Shown here: piece by piece, positions 13,477 through 26,000 of the stretch | How positions within the stretch are numbered: position 1 is the stretch's first letter | Layout of the letters: each line of letters begins with the position of its first letter | Assembly (NCBI GenBank): GCA_051362555.1 | Contig: CM120642.1 | Location: forward strand, 7,998,001 to 8,062,000 | Direction of reading: 5' to 3' | Origin: Lingula anatina | Lineage: Eukaryota > Animalia > Brachiopoda | Length of the DNA stretch: 64,000 nucleotides | Made by a program: the position numbers and the translations under genes | Notes under the pieces: generated by a model | What the model was told of the DNA's origin: nothing | The model's input: only the letters and a program-made list of their open reading frames with translations | Database searches by the model: none

Positions 13477-13696
13477 AGTAAGAAAGAGTAGATGGCTGCA
13501 AGAAATTATGTGCTCACCTGTCCACTAGAGCAACAACTTTGGGTGGACCTTGGTCATTTTTGACCTAATAGTCCTTCAAGAAACAGTATATACTGTGGGA
13601 TGGCCAATTAGATGGATAAAAGCAACAAAACTGACCTTATGAGCATGTAGTGACCATAGTGAGCTAACACTCACCTGTGCATAATATTATATTGGC

Positions 13697-13935
13697 CACA
13701 GGAACTGTGCACTGACTGAGCATGAAGATGGGTACAAGGTCTCTCTTAATCACAGGAACTTTGTACTGGCTGAGTATGAAGATGGTACAAGTTCTTTCTC
13801 AGTCACAGGAACTTTGCACTGGCTGAGCATGAAGATGGGTACAAGTTCTGTCTTAGTCACAGAAACTGTGTACTGGCTGAGTATGAAGATGGGTAAAAGC
13901 TCACAGAAAGTGTTACCTTGCTGATTATGAACATG
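13697..13935 (+). repeat. 54-bp minisatellite (~4.5 copies) in the presumptive TAF7 3'UTR
   Basis: CACAG(G/A)AACT.TG.ACTG.CTGAG.ATGAAGATGG at 13697, 13751, 13804 and 13858, with a partial copy at 13902. Confidence 0.9.
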
Positions 13936-14772
13936 GGTTTAAAATGCCCTTTGAGTCTGTTTGTTTATTTATTTATGTATTTACTTTGGAAGAATCTGTA
14001 AAATGATTCATTAGAGATGAGATATCCTTGTAAGGTTAGGTTACAAGGGAATTCTACCATGTGTCGTTAATTCTTGAGTAAGAAAGTGATACGTCATTGT
14101 CAATTTCAACATATAAATTCCCTGAGTAAACATTTGGGAAAGTTTATCACTCAGGTATGTTGAGGGTATGACTTTGATCCTCTTGCTGTTGGTTGGCTGT
14201 TAGCACTAACTTGAATATTTGAGTCATTCTTCAACTTCAGATTGGGTTTCCTTTCTTTCTAAAAATAGCCTAAGCCATATCTTTGTATACTTGTTTTCTT
14301 CTACCAAGAAATATTTCACAAAAATTGTCATTTCTCAGACCTTTCAATTTTGCAACATTCTCATGCTCATATTTCCATTTGTCATGGCTACATTTCACAG
14401 ATAAAATGTATTATTTTGTTATGGCAGTTGTAATACCACTGGGATAGGAATTTTCTGTCATCATCAGTAGGTAAGGACTTACAAGGAATTTCTAGTAGCC
14501 TATCCTCTCTGCTAGTAGATTTTAAAAAAGCTTTATATTGTTACAAAATGTTAATAAGTAAAGGCAATTTTTACAGAATTTGAAGTAGCTGTAATTACAC
14601 AGTTTCAACTTGCCTTTTTTGCAGGGTTTGTGATATTATTATTTAGCTTTGATGAGAATAGAATTTTACTTTTCTCCCCACACCATTTACAAGCACCTTG
14701 TTGAGTTTTCTTTATTTTTTCTTAGTTTTTCTCAGGCAATGAGCTGTGATATAGTGTGGTTCAGCTCAGTCC

Positions 14773-16333
14773 TATCAATGCGCGATGTCGGAGTAGTTAT
14801 AAGAGACAACTCAAATACCGTCCAGTTCCAAAATCAGAATAGTTGCTTTATTGAATTTCACTTAGATTTTTATTACAGATTACTAGTCAAAATAACATTG
14901 TTTCATGTTATTTCTTTGACTCTCCACTGAGAAACTCTGGAAGATAACTTTCACACACACCTAATGCATGCCAGCACATCTTCAATTTTTGACTTCATTC
15001 AAGTATGTGTGAATAGAATACTTCCACAGTCCCTCAGCTTTACACCTAAATAACCTTATCATTATTAATCTCCTGCTCAAATAAGTTTTGCGCCTCAAAA
15101 CTTTCACAATTAAAATTAAAAAATCTATTTCCAATAAAATTCTATATCATCACAGTTAAATCATTTTATTTAAAATCATGCTTAATTAAAGATACCTAAA
15201 CATTATTTAATCATATCATATTCTGTTTATATGAAACTTCTCATTACTGTTAATATGCACACAAGAAAAAATTTGAATTAATAAAAAAATTATAAAGTAA
15301 CATTACATAATACTCATTCCCTCCAGCAAATATACTAAAATTTAACATAACATATCTTAGTTGTATTAATTGGCTATGTACTTCTCTATCCATTCCCTTC
15401 CATTTTCACAACTTTCTCCTTGAAATGGCAGTGGGCTTACATGTTGAGGAATTGTAATAACAACAGAATTGTTTATCTGTTGCTCTCTATTCGTTGACTG
15501 GCTAGCTGATGATGTATGGGGAACTTCTCGACTTGCTGTTGTGGTTAGGAGATTGTCATAAGGTGGAAAATGTCTCGTAGGTGTTGTTACTTATGGGGTC
15601 TGATGAACACTTGCCTGCATAGAGGTTCCTTGATCACTTGGATGCCATGGGAACTGCTGGCTCTCTGTGCTCATTGCCTTTGGACGTACACTCGGAATCA
15701 TGGTGTAGTTTTCAATCACTGCAGTTGGTTTGCTGATACCAGTAGCTTGCAGTGGAGAATGCTGTCTGCTTGGTGTTATAGTTACTGAACTCGTGTAAAT
15801 TGGCGACATCATAGCATCTGGTATTAATTTTGCTGCCCTTGTGCTTTCTGGATTTTTATCATTTTCATTCTCTCCGACATCTTCATTGATAGTTCTCAAT
15901 TTATCTTTTATGATGTCTCTTTCCATTTTTCTGGCAGCTGATGTATAACTTCGTGTTTCTTTAGGAGAATATTTTTTCATTGTGAAAGTCTGGGATCTTC
16001 CTTTTAAACAATGTTATTAAAAGTTTGGTACCTCCACCAATTTATCAATGCGCGATGTCGGAGTAGTTATAAGAGACAACTCAAATACCGTCCAGTTCCA
16101 AAATCAGAATAGTTGCTTTATTGAATTTCACTTAGATTTTTATTACAGATTACTAGTCAAAATAACATTGTTTCATGTTTATTTCTTTGACTTTCCACTG
16201 AGAAACTCTGGAAGATAACTTTCACACACACCTAATGCATGCCAGCACATCTTCAATTTTTGACTTCATTCAAGTATGTGTGAATAGAATACTTCCACAG
16301 TCCCTCAGCTTTACACCTAAATAACCTTATCAT
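14773..16333 (-). mobile_element. Non-autonomous miniature LTR retrotransposon (TRIM-like, probably Ty3/Gypsy-derived)
   Basis: Direct repeats 14773-15062 (290 bp) and 16043-16333 (291 bp) differ by 1 substitution and 1 indel. AGTCC TSD at 14768-14772 and 16334-16338. PBS TGGTGGAGGTAC (16028-16039) is complementary to a tRNA-Ala 3' end. Purine tract GAGCAGGAGA precedes the 3' LTR, and AATAAA lies within the LTR. Confidence 0.9.
15367..15980 (-). pseudogene. Truncated gag relic inside the LTR element
   Basis: The 129-aa ORF continues in the same frame past a single TAA (15591-15593) to ...HVSPLPFQGESCENGREWIEKYIAN*. PxxFxGxxxExxxxW is typical of the start of Ty3/Gypsy capsid domains. Confidence 0.6.
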
Positions 16334-16342
16334 AGTCCCACC

Positions 16343-16359
16343 CTGCCACCTGGTGGCCA
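16343..16359 (-). promoter_or_regulatory. CTCF consensus site
   Basis: The - strand reads TGGCCACCAGGTGGCAG, a near-perfect CTCF core, between the convergent TAF7 and CCDC158 genes. Confidence 0.5.
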
Positions 16360-16384
16360 CTTTTTTTCTGTCTCCCTTTTGGGT

Positions 16385-16387
<3 letters not shown>

Positions 16388-16416
<29 letters not shown>

Positions 16417-16417
16417 C
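16388..16417. repeat. Poly(C) run of ~30 nt
   Basis: Seen directly. Confidence 0.95.
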
Positions 16418-18223
16418 ATTACATTTTATCATACAGCTTTCTCTTCTTTCATGAAAAAATGAATACTTATTATTTTACAAAAACTTGAGGGCATCTTTCA
16501 CCATATCTTCTTTGCTGTTTGACAGCTTGGTCTTCTAATTTCTGAGTGTCATCTTCAAAAACCTATTGCTTAACAAGCTGATTTTAGGGATGACAAATCC
16601 ATTCTTTGAATATCTTGATTAACAGCAGATCTACACATTTTGAGAGCTGTAATGAATATGTTACAGTGAATGTAGTCTTTTTTCCTTTAATGGGCAATTC
16701 AAATAATTTTTTTTATTAACAGGTAATAGTGTAAAGATGTTGTGATTTGTATTGTAGTTGATAATGCTCTCTATTAGAAAAATATGATCTTCACTCAGGC
16801 TTTTGTGCAATCGGGGACTGTTTTTTTACTATAATAGTGAATTATAGTTTCCTCCCCTTTTGTAGCATGCAGAGAATACATTTTAAAATCTTCTGAGACT
16901 ATAGGGCTTCAATCAAAAGCTTATAAAAATGAAGTGGTTTTACTATTGATTAAGAATAAGTATTTCTTGAAAAAGCTCCTCCCTTTTTTTAATGAATACT
17001 TTATAACATATTGGTAATATTCAAATTGATAATTGCTTGTCATAAGACCACACATTGTTTCCTGTGCCTAAGCAGGAAGTTATGAATTTCAGAAACCTGA
17101 ACATGACAGCCATCTTCCAATTATAACTGGCAAGAATTTTGCTACTCTTGGATAAGCACTTCTTTGTATAATCCTTTTGACCTTCTTCATATTTCTTACA
17201 AAGAATAGGTTTGTGTAGGTGTTGAGTACTCTTTTGTCATGAGGTCTTAATAATCCCTTCTTCCACTCCTAATACACAAGCAGTGAGGGCATTTATTTAT
17301 CTCATTTTTCTACCAACCAAAGCTCTATAATCCTCTGAAATGCTATCCTCTTTCTGAGCATCATCTTCATTTATCTATCACTTTATAAACTGACATCTAA
17401 AGAAAGTTCTTAAATAGATGACCAGTTAACAATAGATCTACACATTTTGAGAGCTATGTTGTTGACAAGAAGTGAAAAGATTCAATACCCTTCTCCAGCG
17501 TGATTGGCAGCAAACCTTGGGATCTAAATGGATTTATTTGTTACAGCGGTTTCCATTCTTTATGTATTTACTCCATATTATGAGAGTCAAATCTGTACAA
17601 TTTTTGAAGAAAATTATTTTAAGCTGTTACACGGTCAGAAGTGTAAGCACTATATAGTACATGGGTTCTGGTCACTGATGACAGGTAACTGCTACTCTTG
17701 TATTTGATCCACCTGCTCTTTTGAGTTATATGCACTATGTGCAGCTATGTTATGTAAGTAATACATACCTAGGGATGTTATGTGACCGTGGCGATATGCT
17801 GATCACTGAAGCCTGTCCATTTAGCCAAGCTTCAGTGAAGATCAAGGGCAACCCCAGCTGCTACCCAGAAATATCTTGCTTCACTCGACATTTCTGCGTA
17901 GCATCTCTCAGAAAACTCCAGTAAATTCAAAAATGTTTACGACAACCCACTTAGTTGGGGGTGATTTTTTTTTCCGGAGAACGGACGAAAATCGGTGCAG
18001 GTGCAGGATGTCATCCATAAAAACATAAAAGAGTGGCCTTGGCAAAAATTGGCCAAATTGGTCAGACATTACATAAGGATTTGGCGGGAGATGACCAGTG
18101 CACGTGGAAGAGTTTATTCCATATAACATCTCTAGAGCGTGATATAGGGTCACTTTATTCGGTTTAAGGGGTGTTTTAGGGTGAAATGACTATATTTATA
18201 TTAGTTCTCAGTATGTATGTCAA

Positions 18224-18320
18224 ATAATACACTGTCCCCCTCTCGCGATATATGCCATGAACACCTCGAGTGTCAGCGAGAGGTGTTATGGCATATATTG
18301 CACAAGTGACATTGTATTAT
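18224..18320. repeat. 97-bp imperfect hairpin
   Basis: ATAATACACTGTC..GCGATATATGCCATGAACACCTC pairs with GAGGTGTTATGGCATATATTGC..GACATTGTATTAT. Confidence 0.75.
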
Positions 18321-20247
18321 CTCACACGTAATTATAACAAAGTGTGGATTCTTCCTGAGGGTTTGTCTGGAGATGTGCCTCTAAAGCATCACTTTGAATA
18401 CTGTCGCTTTTCATAGGGGTATCTCAATTTTTGTGGTAAGTTAAGACACATGGTAGTTTTTTATTATTTGTTTTTAATAACTATTGGTTTGAAAATACTT
18501 TTTTGCATTAAAAAGGAAATATCACTGCACATACTTCTATAAGATGTTAAGCCAAAGTGTCATTGTTATGAAAAAAAAACTTATATTTTAATAAATGGAA
18601 TAACATTTTATTTGATATACCTTACAGATAATGAAGTACAAATTATATCTTTATGATTGTAAACGTTTTGAGCACTGATAATTATCTTTGGTTATCAGCT
18701 TCAAATTCCAAAGTACTAAGTGAAACTAAAAGTGAAAATGAAAAGCTTGAACCTACAGAGACTATTTCAAATATCATAGCAGCTTATTCTTTTCTCCCCC
18801 TCTCTCTAGATCTGATACACAGATCATGGAAGTACAGTTGTCATTCCATGTACAGATATTTATAACAACTTCAATAACCTCAATATGGAATAGGTGTACC
18901 TTAGTATGTTTTGACATCTTAAACTTTTCAGCAGGTCTTGACCTTTTCAACACTGCTGGAAAAAGCACACACTTGCACCCCCTGAGAATATCAACAAAGT
19001 TATAACTGAGATTCACACCTTATGTTTATATATTAACCACATTAATTCAGGCATCTTCATAAATTAACATATATTTTCTTTCCTATAACACAGTATTAGT
19101 TATTTGGAAAAGACTGACCACTGTGTTACAAGACTGTTTTCTCATTGGGTGACCATCAATAAACATTTTGAAAACGAATAACTTGTGTTTGTCGCTTACT
19201 ATCGGAGAGAAATATTATATACTATAACATGAAAAAAATGTTATAAATACAATGCTTTTTAAAGCATGGCATTTATATTAAAATACATGGAAGTAGTAAA
19301 ATGGTTTAAATTCCAGAAGACGCATGATGGCATTTTACCAATATAAATGCATAACTTCAGTAATGTAAACCTAGCTATAATACAAACTACTGCTATAATC
19401 TATTATATACCTACAACAAAATGTGAGTAAACGATACATAAATTAGGCAGACACTTGGTGAACATTTACATACAAAAATAATATGAATACTTAACCAATG
19501 ATTAAAATGACAAACTCCTTTCTGACGTGTGAAAACTGACATAAATACATAACACTTTTACATACCAAACAAGTGACGCTGTCACTTTTGTAGTAATAAT
19601 ATTGTATCAATGGGGAAAACAATGCTGATAAAAAATCACTCATTTTCATATATATATCTACATAAATATAAAACTGCACTTTGTACATTTTCTTATGCTG
19701 TGACATTTAAAATCACTACATAAAACGCTGCCTCTGGGACATGCAAGGCCATCTTTTTCTAATTTACACATACACTGCTACACCATTTTATGTATACACA
19801 CATTATACCCATTCCTACAGACCACATCTGGCTCCGTTTACAAATACTATCAGACATACTGTAATTAACTAAGGTATCGGTAATTTATAGAATAAAATAA
19901 CAAGAACATTTTAGTCTTTTGATTTTTTGCATGAGCAAATAATACAAAGATGATCATGTTAAGAACGCAGGCACCTATTGGTTTGTCTTTGATAAAAATG
20001 TTGTATAAGAGATGCTAACCTAATAAATAAGGATTTTATTAACATCAAAATACTGATCTAGGAGGGAGTATTTATAGGTTTTATTGCTATCTGAAAACAA
20101 TATAAAGGGTCTATTTTAGGCAGGGGATCTAAAACCCTGACACTGGTCATGTGAGGACATATTTGGAACTAGTATTTTTTTTTTTCTATTTTATCCCAGT
20201 GACCAGTTCTGTTTTTTGTAACATAGACAAAACTCAGTTTTGTAATA

Positions 20248-21621
20248 TCACGTTTGTGATGAACGCTTCATCATCTTTGGGTGCAAGGAGCGTTCACTCT
20301 CTTTGACTCTCTTCAAGCGGGTTCCCTGGTCTTTGATTAACTCAGCCATCTCTGGAATGATAACTTTTTAAATTAGAAACCACTCAAAAATACAAATAAA
20401 CACTGTCAAACTTTGAATGAATAAAATACTTAAGATCATGTTCAAATTTGTGTTAGGAAAAAATTTTCAAAGCTTTTTAACAATGACAATCTTGAAGACA
20501 GCCTGAAAGATCCAGAAAAAAAATCAATAAAAAATTAATGCATGTACTTCAGAATGCATAATGACAAAAAACGCTGCTGCTTGTAATGAAAAGAAAAACA
20601 AAACAAAACAAAACAAAAAAAAAACAGTTGCCAGCATTTTAAACTATACCTTTATTCTCCTGCTGCAGGTGCCCTCCCATCTGTGTGAGTCTTTCTATCT
20701 TGTCCTCCAGTCTCTTGCACAGCTCCTGGGCATCACTGTTTACACGGCCAGGAGCACCTGAGTGAAAATATTCTATTTTATTTAGTTACTAATGTCATGT
20801 CACTAGATCTCCCCAGCATACTTGGTTAATTAGAAAAATAAAATACCACAAATTAAACATTTGTTTTTAAATTACTTGACAAAAGATGTTGCACTGACAG
20901 CACAAATAAAACTGTCCAACTTCCATGATTTGCTTTCGACAGAAATGTTTGCAAATCTGTTGGAAGCACAACCAATAAAATATACTCATTTACCTTTAGG
21001 TCCCTGAGGTCGCAGCACAGGCTCACTGTAGGTGTCACTGGCCCACTCTGTCATGTGGCTACCTGGAGGTCCCAAATATCATGCTTTACTAATTTCTGTT
21101 TACAATAATTTGAGATAATTCATGATTTCAACAACAATGCAAAATAAAAAATTTCATCCTTTCAAATTGTGACGTGACTGACATCACACAGAATTTTGAA
21201 AATGGATTAATATATCACACCAAATATTGTTAGGAAGTATTCATAAATACAGTGTGCATATAAGGAAATTGGAACAAAATTGATCTTAACTTGACTATCA
21301 GTTAGGGCCCCTTTACACTGGACGGCGTCCTTTCTGCGTCCAGCAGTACGGCCCCATTTGAGAGTTAAAAAATTATAATACTTTACGTGCCGACAACTGG
21401 CCGATCATTGAGCATTCATTCTGATACAGAATCAATGCTCGTGTCTCCTTATTTAGACCACATTGATGCCAAATATCATGGTCGCAGAAAGGACGCAGAA
21501 AGGACGCCATCCAGTGTAAAGGGGGTATTACAGAATATCACTACAAAGGCTATGATATGAAAAAAAGGCCAAAATACAGAAATATCAAAATTGTTCCATT
21601 CATTACATCTATTCCTTACAA

Positions 21622-21652
<31 letters not shown>

Positions 21653-23001
21653 ATCATTTTTTTTCAGATAAGATGATCTTCAATTTTTAGTTAGTCCATA
21701 ATGTTGTCTTTTATGTTAATCTTCCTGACCTGTAGTAGAGCTGACAGCTGTACCAGTCTGCCTGGACTCCCTGCCTGACCGCATCGTCTGACCGTACAAG
21801 GTGTGACTGGACTGAGGTCGTGGGGGGCGCTGGTTTTCAATAGTGTCCCTGTCTGATGTCAGTGTCTGCACAGAGGACGGACGGCTGGATTGTGAGCGCT
21901 GTCGGTGCTGATTGCCATTGCGTACAACTGGTTTTAGTGAAGAGGAATGCACAGGAATACCTAAGTGATAAGATGATGGTTCAAAGGTGATAAGGGCCTA
22001 AAGTATAATCAAGACAAAAGTGAGTAGTAGTGCATGAAAGAGTGACAATGTTGTATTTTTATGTCTATATTTTAAGTTTAAAAAAAAAAAACACAGACAT
22101 CAATTTCTAAATCATCTGAAAAGTGTTAATGTAAAATGCCCATTTCATACACTCATATTTCATATAACTTCAGTAAAATGATTTTACAGCTTTACCAGTA
22201 TGTGAGTCTGTAGAGTTACTGGACTGTTCATATGGCCTTCGTCCATTTGTCTGCCTGTCCCCTGTGGAGTTTGGAGGTGGGAGGGCAGCTGGCTGCTGCT
22301 GGGGCTGTTGTTGGGCATTCATTATCAGTGACTTCATCTCAGTGAGCAACGTCCTGAGTTCATCCCCTGCTACATTGTTCAAGGCTGCCGCTGACTCCGT
22401 TTTTTCCTGGAATCAAAGCAAATTTTAAGCTATTGCTGCAAGTTTGTTCCCTAAGGCATGAAATACTATGAAAATGTAAGAAAAAAATATGATAACCTTT
22501 TTTATATATATTTCTCCTCAGGATAGGACTGAAATCCAAATTTCTGGAAACCTAACGTTCGAGACTAGAATAGCATTTCTGAATAAACTGATATTCATCT
22601 CATTTGCAAATATTGTGCCCGTAAATAGCAAGTGTAACATTCTACCTGTCCTGGTTTATGCAGCACAGGCAGCTCATCCAAAGATCCTGTTGACACTCTT
22701 CCTAGTCCCTGTGTCACTACTGAGCCTGTTCCCTGTGATCCAGCTGTTGTCTGCCTCTCAGATTTGGGGTTTACAGAAGTAGATACAGTGGGGGTCCCAG
22801 TGTATACAACATGAGTGGAATGTCTTGATGGTGGCTGTGCTAACCTTTCCAAAGCCTACAATAACATAAACCAAAAATGTTACCGACAGTTCACAAAAAG
22901 TAAAATGTGGAAAAATGAGAAATTCAAAAAATAATAATATAATGGCAGCTGAAACTGGTAAGTTGATATAGATTTCATCACACTTGCGCGTGCGCCAAGC
23001 G

Positions 23002-23045
<44 letters not shown>

Positions 23046-26000
23046 AAGGTATCACAGTTTCTTCATACCCATTACCTTAATATCCAGCTGGTGCCTGAGT
23101 TTCATGCTGGCCATTTCCTGTTCCATGGTCTCCAGTTTGGCCACTGCCTCTGCATGCTTCACTGCAGCCTGTAAAAAAAATACAGCAAGTCTTTAGAAAA
23201 TAACACATTTCAAAATCTAAATGCTCAAGAAATCAACTGAAAATGCTGTAGGCAAGCTTATTTTATCAACGAGGATAGAAAACATCATTTCAAGTTTATA
23301 ATGTTACTTGGTGAAAAAGATCACTCCCAGAAAAAAAAAAAACATAGAGCATACTTTTTCCAATGCTGTCTCTAATCTGTCACATTTTGATTTAAGATCT
23401 TCATTTTTCTTGGCATATCCCTCCAGTTGGTCTGCTAGCTTCTCATTCTGTGTGGAGGAGTTGTTCAGGGAAGATGAAAGTTTCTTTCTCTCCTGCTTGA
23501 GGGCTTGTTTATCCTGTGAATCGAGTTTAAATTTCAACATTAAATTCAAGTTTGAAACTTACACGAAAATAATGCAATAATAATTTAGATCTTAACTAAG
23601 AATTCTGAGCATTGCCTCATGTCATGTATGAATGCAAACTGGGAGCTTACTGAGAGAGATAACAGGAAATTCTTTTCAAATTCTTTTTAAAATATCAAGA
23701 GGCATCACTCAGGCTAAAACTGAATCACTTCCAATCTATATCTTCTGAGCAAACCTTAACTTGTCATCAATCCTTTTAAAGTTTTGTAAATTAATCTAAC
23801 TTTGTAATTTTTTTTTTTTTTTTTTTTGCTAAAGGGGCCCTCACGAACCTTCAAGGCAGCATCTAAACATTCCTCCAACCAGTGCACTTTACTCCTCAGG
23901 GAGTCTATCTCTCCTCTCTTGGCTGTCACTTCTTTTTGCATCTTGTCTGCATACTTCACAGCTGAAACACATGACATATTTATAATTTAAAATAGAACTG
24001 CGCATTAGATTAAATTAGATTAGAATGTGGAGAAATTGTAATTATATAAAAAAGTAGGCAAAGAGATTCTTTGAACAAAGTGTTTTGTCTTTGGAAAATG
24101 GTATTTGTTTAGTATTTAGTCACTGTAGGGATGTAGAAACAGGGTAAAATGAGAAATTTAAAAGTCCTACAAGTTTAAAGATAATTTTGGATTAGGATAT
24201 GCTTTGGTTAATAAGGAATTGTTGTTAAAATTTCCAGGAAAAATCTTTTTTACCTAGATACACATTGTTATTACATAATGCGGAAAAGTAGCTACTACAC
24301 ATCAAAGCTACCGGCATTTCACTAATATTGATATTAATTTTGGTTTCATCAAGATTACATCACGAAAGACCCTAGAACACAGGAGAAATTCCTAGATGAG
24401 AGTACTTAACATTAATGACTAAGTAATTATAAAGGTTAACTGATATGATTAGAAAAGTTAAAATAAACACAATTTTTACCTTTACCATCCACTGCCTCCT
24501 TTGTCTTTATAGCTTTCTGTGCTATCCTGTACTCTTGCTGCAAAGCTATAGAAAATATCAAACTATTTGTAAAAATCATAAAATTAAATGTGTCAAAAGG
24601 CATATTCAATGTGGTAGTTTTTAACTTGAAATGAACATTTTCCTAACAAGGCATGGAGTGTAATAATAAAAGAATTTTTATTTCTTTACTTTTTTATAAA
24701 AAAGCATGAAAAATGCACAGACACCTAATGTCGAGGCACAGTGAAATGCCTTATTATCCATAACTGAGAATAGAACAAACTACTCTGACACATACCAACA
24801 TATTTTTGAGTTAATCTGTCTAGCTCCCCCTCCAGCTGTTTCTTCTGTTCTTCCTTCTGTTTTTGGATCTCATCTCTTTCTTCAGATAATGTTGCTACCT
24901 CATATCTGCTATCTTTAAGCTCCTGATACAAACCATCTTTCTCTTTGATAATAGCATCTATATCTTGTCTTTTTATCTGCAGCTCTTCTATGAGCTTGTT
25001 TTTATCAAGTTCAATATCTTTAAGTCTTTTCTCACGTATTTTAAGTTTTCTTGTGATGTTGCTTTTGGCAAGTTTAAGTTCTTCCAGTTCAATTGTTCTT
25101 TCCTCTATTGATTTCAAAAGCCTTTCTCTCTCCAACTTGAGTTCATCATTGGATTTAGAGTTCAACTCAATGGCATGGGACATGTCAGTGCTCTGCCTCT
25201 GTAATGCAGTAAAATTTCTCTCCTTTTCATCAAGCCTAGTAGATAACTGTTCATTTTCAGCCTGCAATGTCTTTAGTTCCTGATTTCTCTCTTCAAGAAG
25301 TCCAAAATAATAATCTCTTTCCTGGGTTAATCTCTGACAATCATTTATTCTGTCTTCCATTAATGCACCTAGGTTAGTCTTTTCAGCTTCCATGGTCTCG
25401 ATTTTGACTCGTGCATCCTGGGATTTTTCAGTCAGTTCTGTGACCTGTTTTTTGAGATTTCCATTCTCTGTCTGAAGTGTCTCAATCTCATAGGTCATTC
25501 TAGTACTCTTCTCTGTCAGTGTTTGAAGCTGTATGGTTAGTGTTGTTATCTGTTCTGCAGATTTTAATTTTTCATCTTTCTCTATTGAAGCAACCTGAAG
25601 AGAAATGTTATTATACAGTAACATTTTCAATTTAACACAAGCAACAAAGACAGGCACTTCTGTTGAAATTTGTTAAAAAGAGTAAAGTACTTTATATTTA
25701 AAAGAATAATATAAGTGATAGCAATTTAAGCAAGAGTTTTCACATGCAAACTTTTCTAAAAATAATAATATTTCTTTTTAAGCTAGAAACTTTAATTTTT
25801 CATCATCAATTACATGATTATATACACACAGGAGCAAAAACCAAGTCAGAATGTGTAATTTCTTAGCATGAGTATTTTTCCCCTTTTTGTTCAATAGCCT
25901 GTCTCTCTCTTTTTATGCAGAAATATATTAAAAAATGAAAAAAAGGAAACAAAAACCTACCCTGTCCTTGAGAGTAAGCTCACACTCTGCTTTCACAGAG

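Noticed and set aside
20877-20956. Possible extra CCDC158 exon
   Set aside because: Weak sites, only ~37 nt from the previous donor, and the flanking exons already join in frame.
24945-25283. + strand ORFs antisense to coding exons (also 28323, 36467, 58990 and 63519)
   Set aside because: Shadow ORFs opposite real - strand exons.
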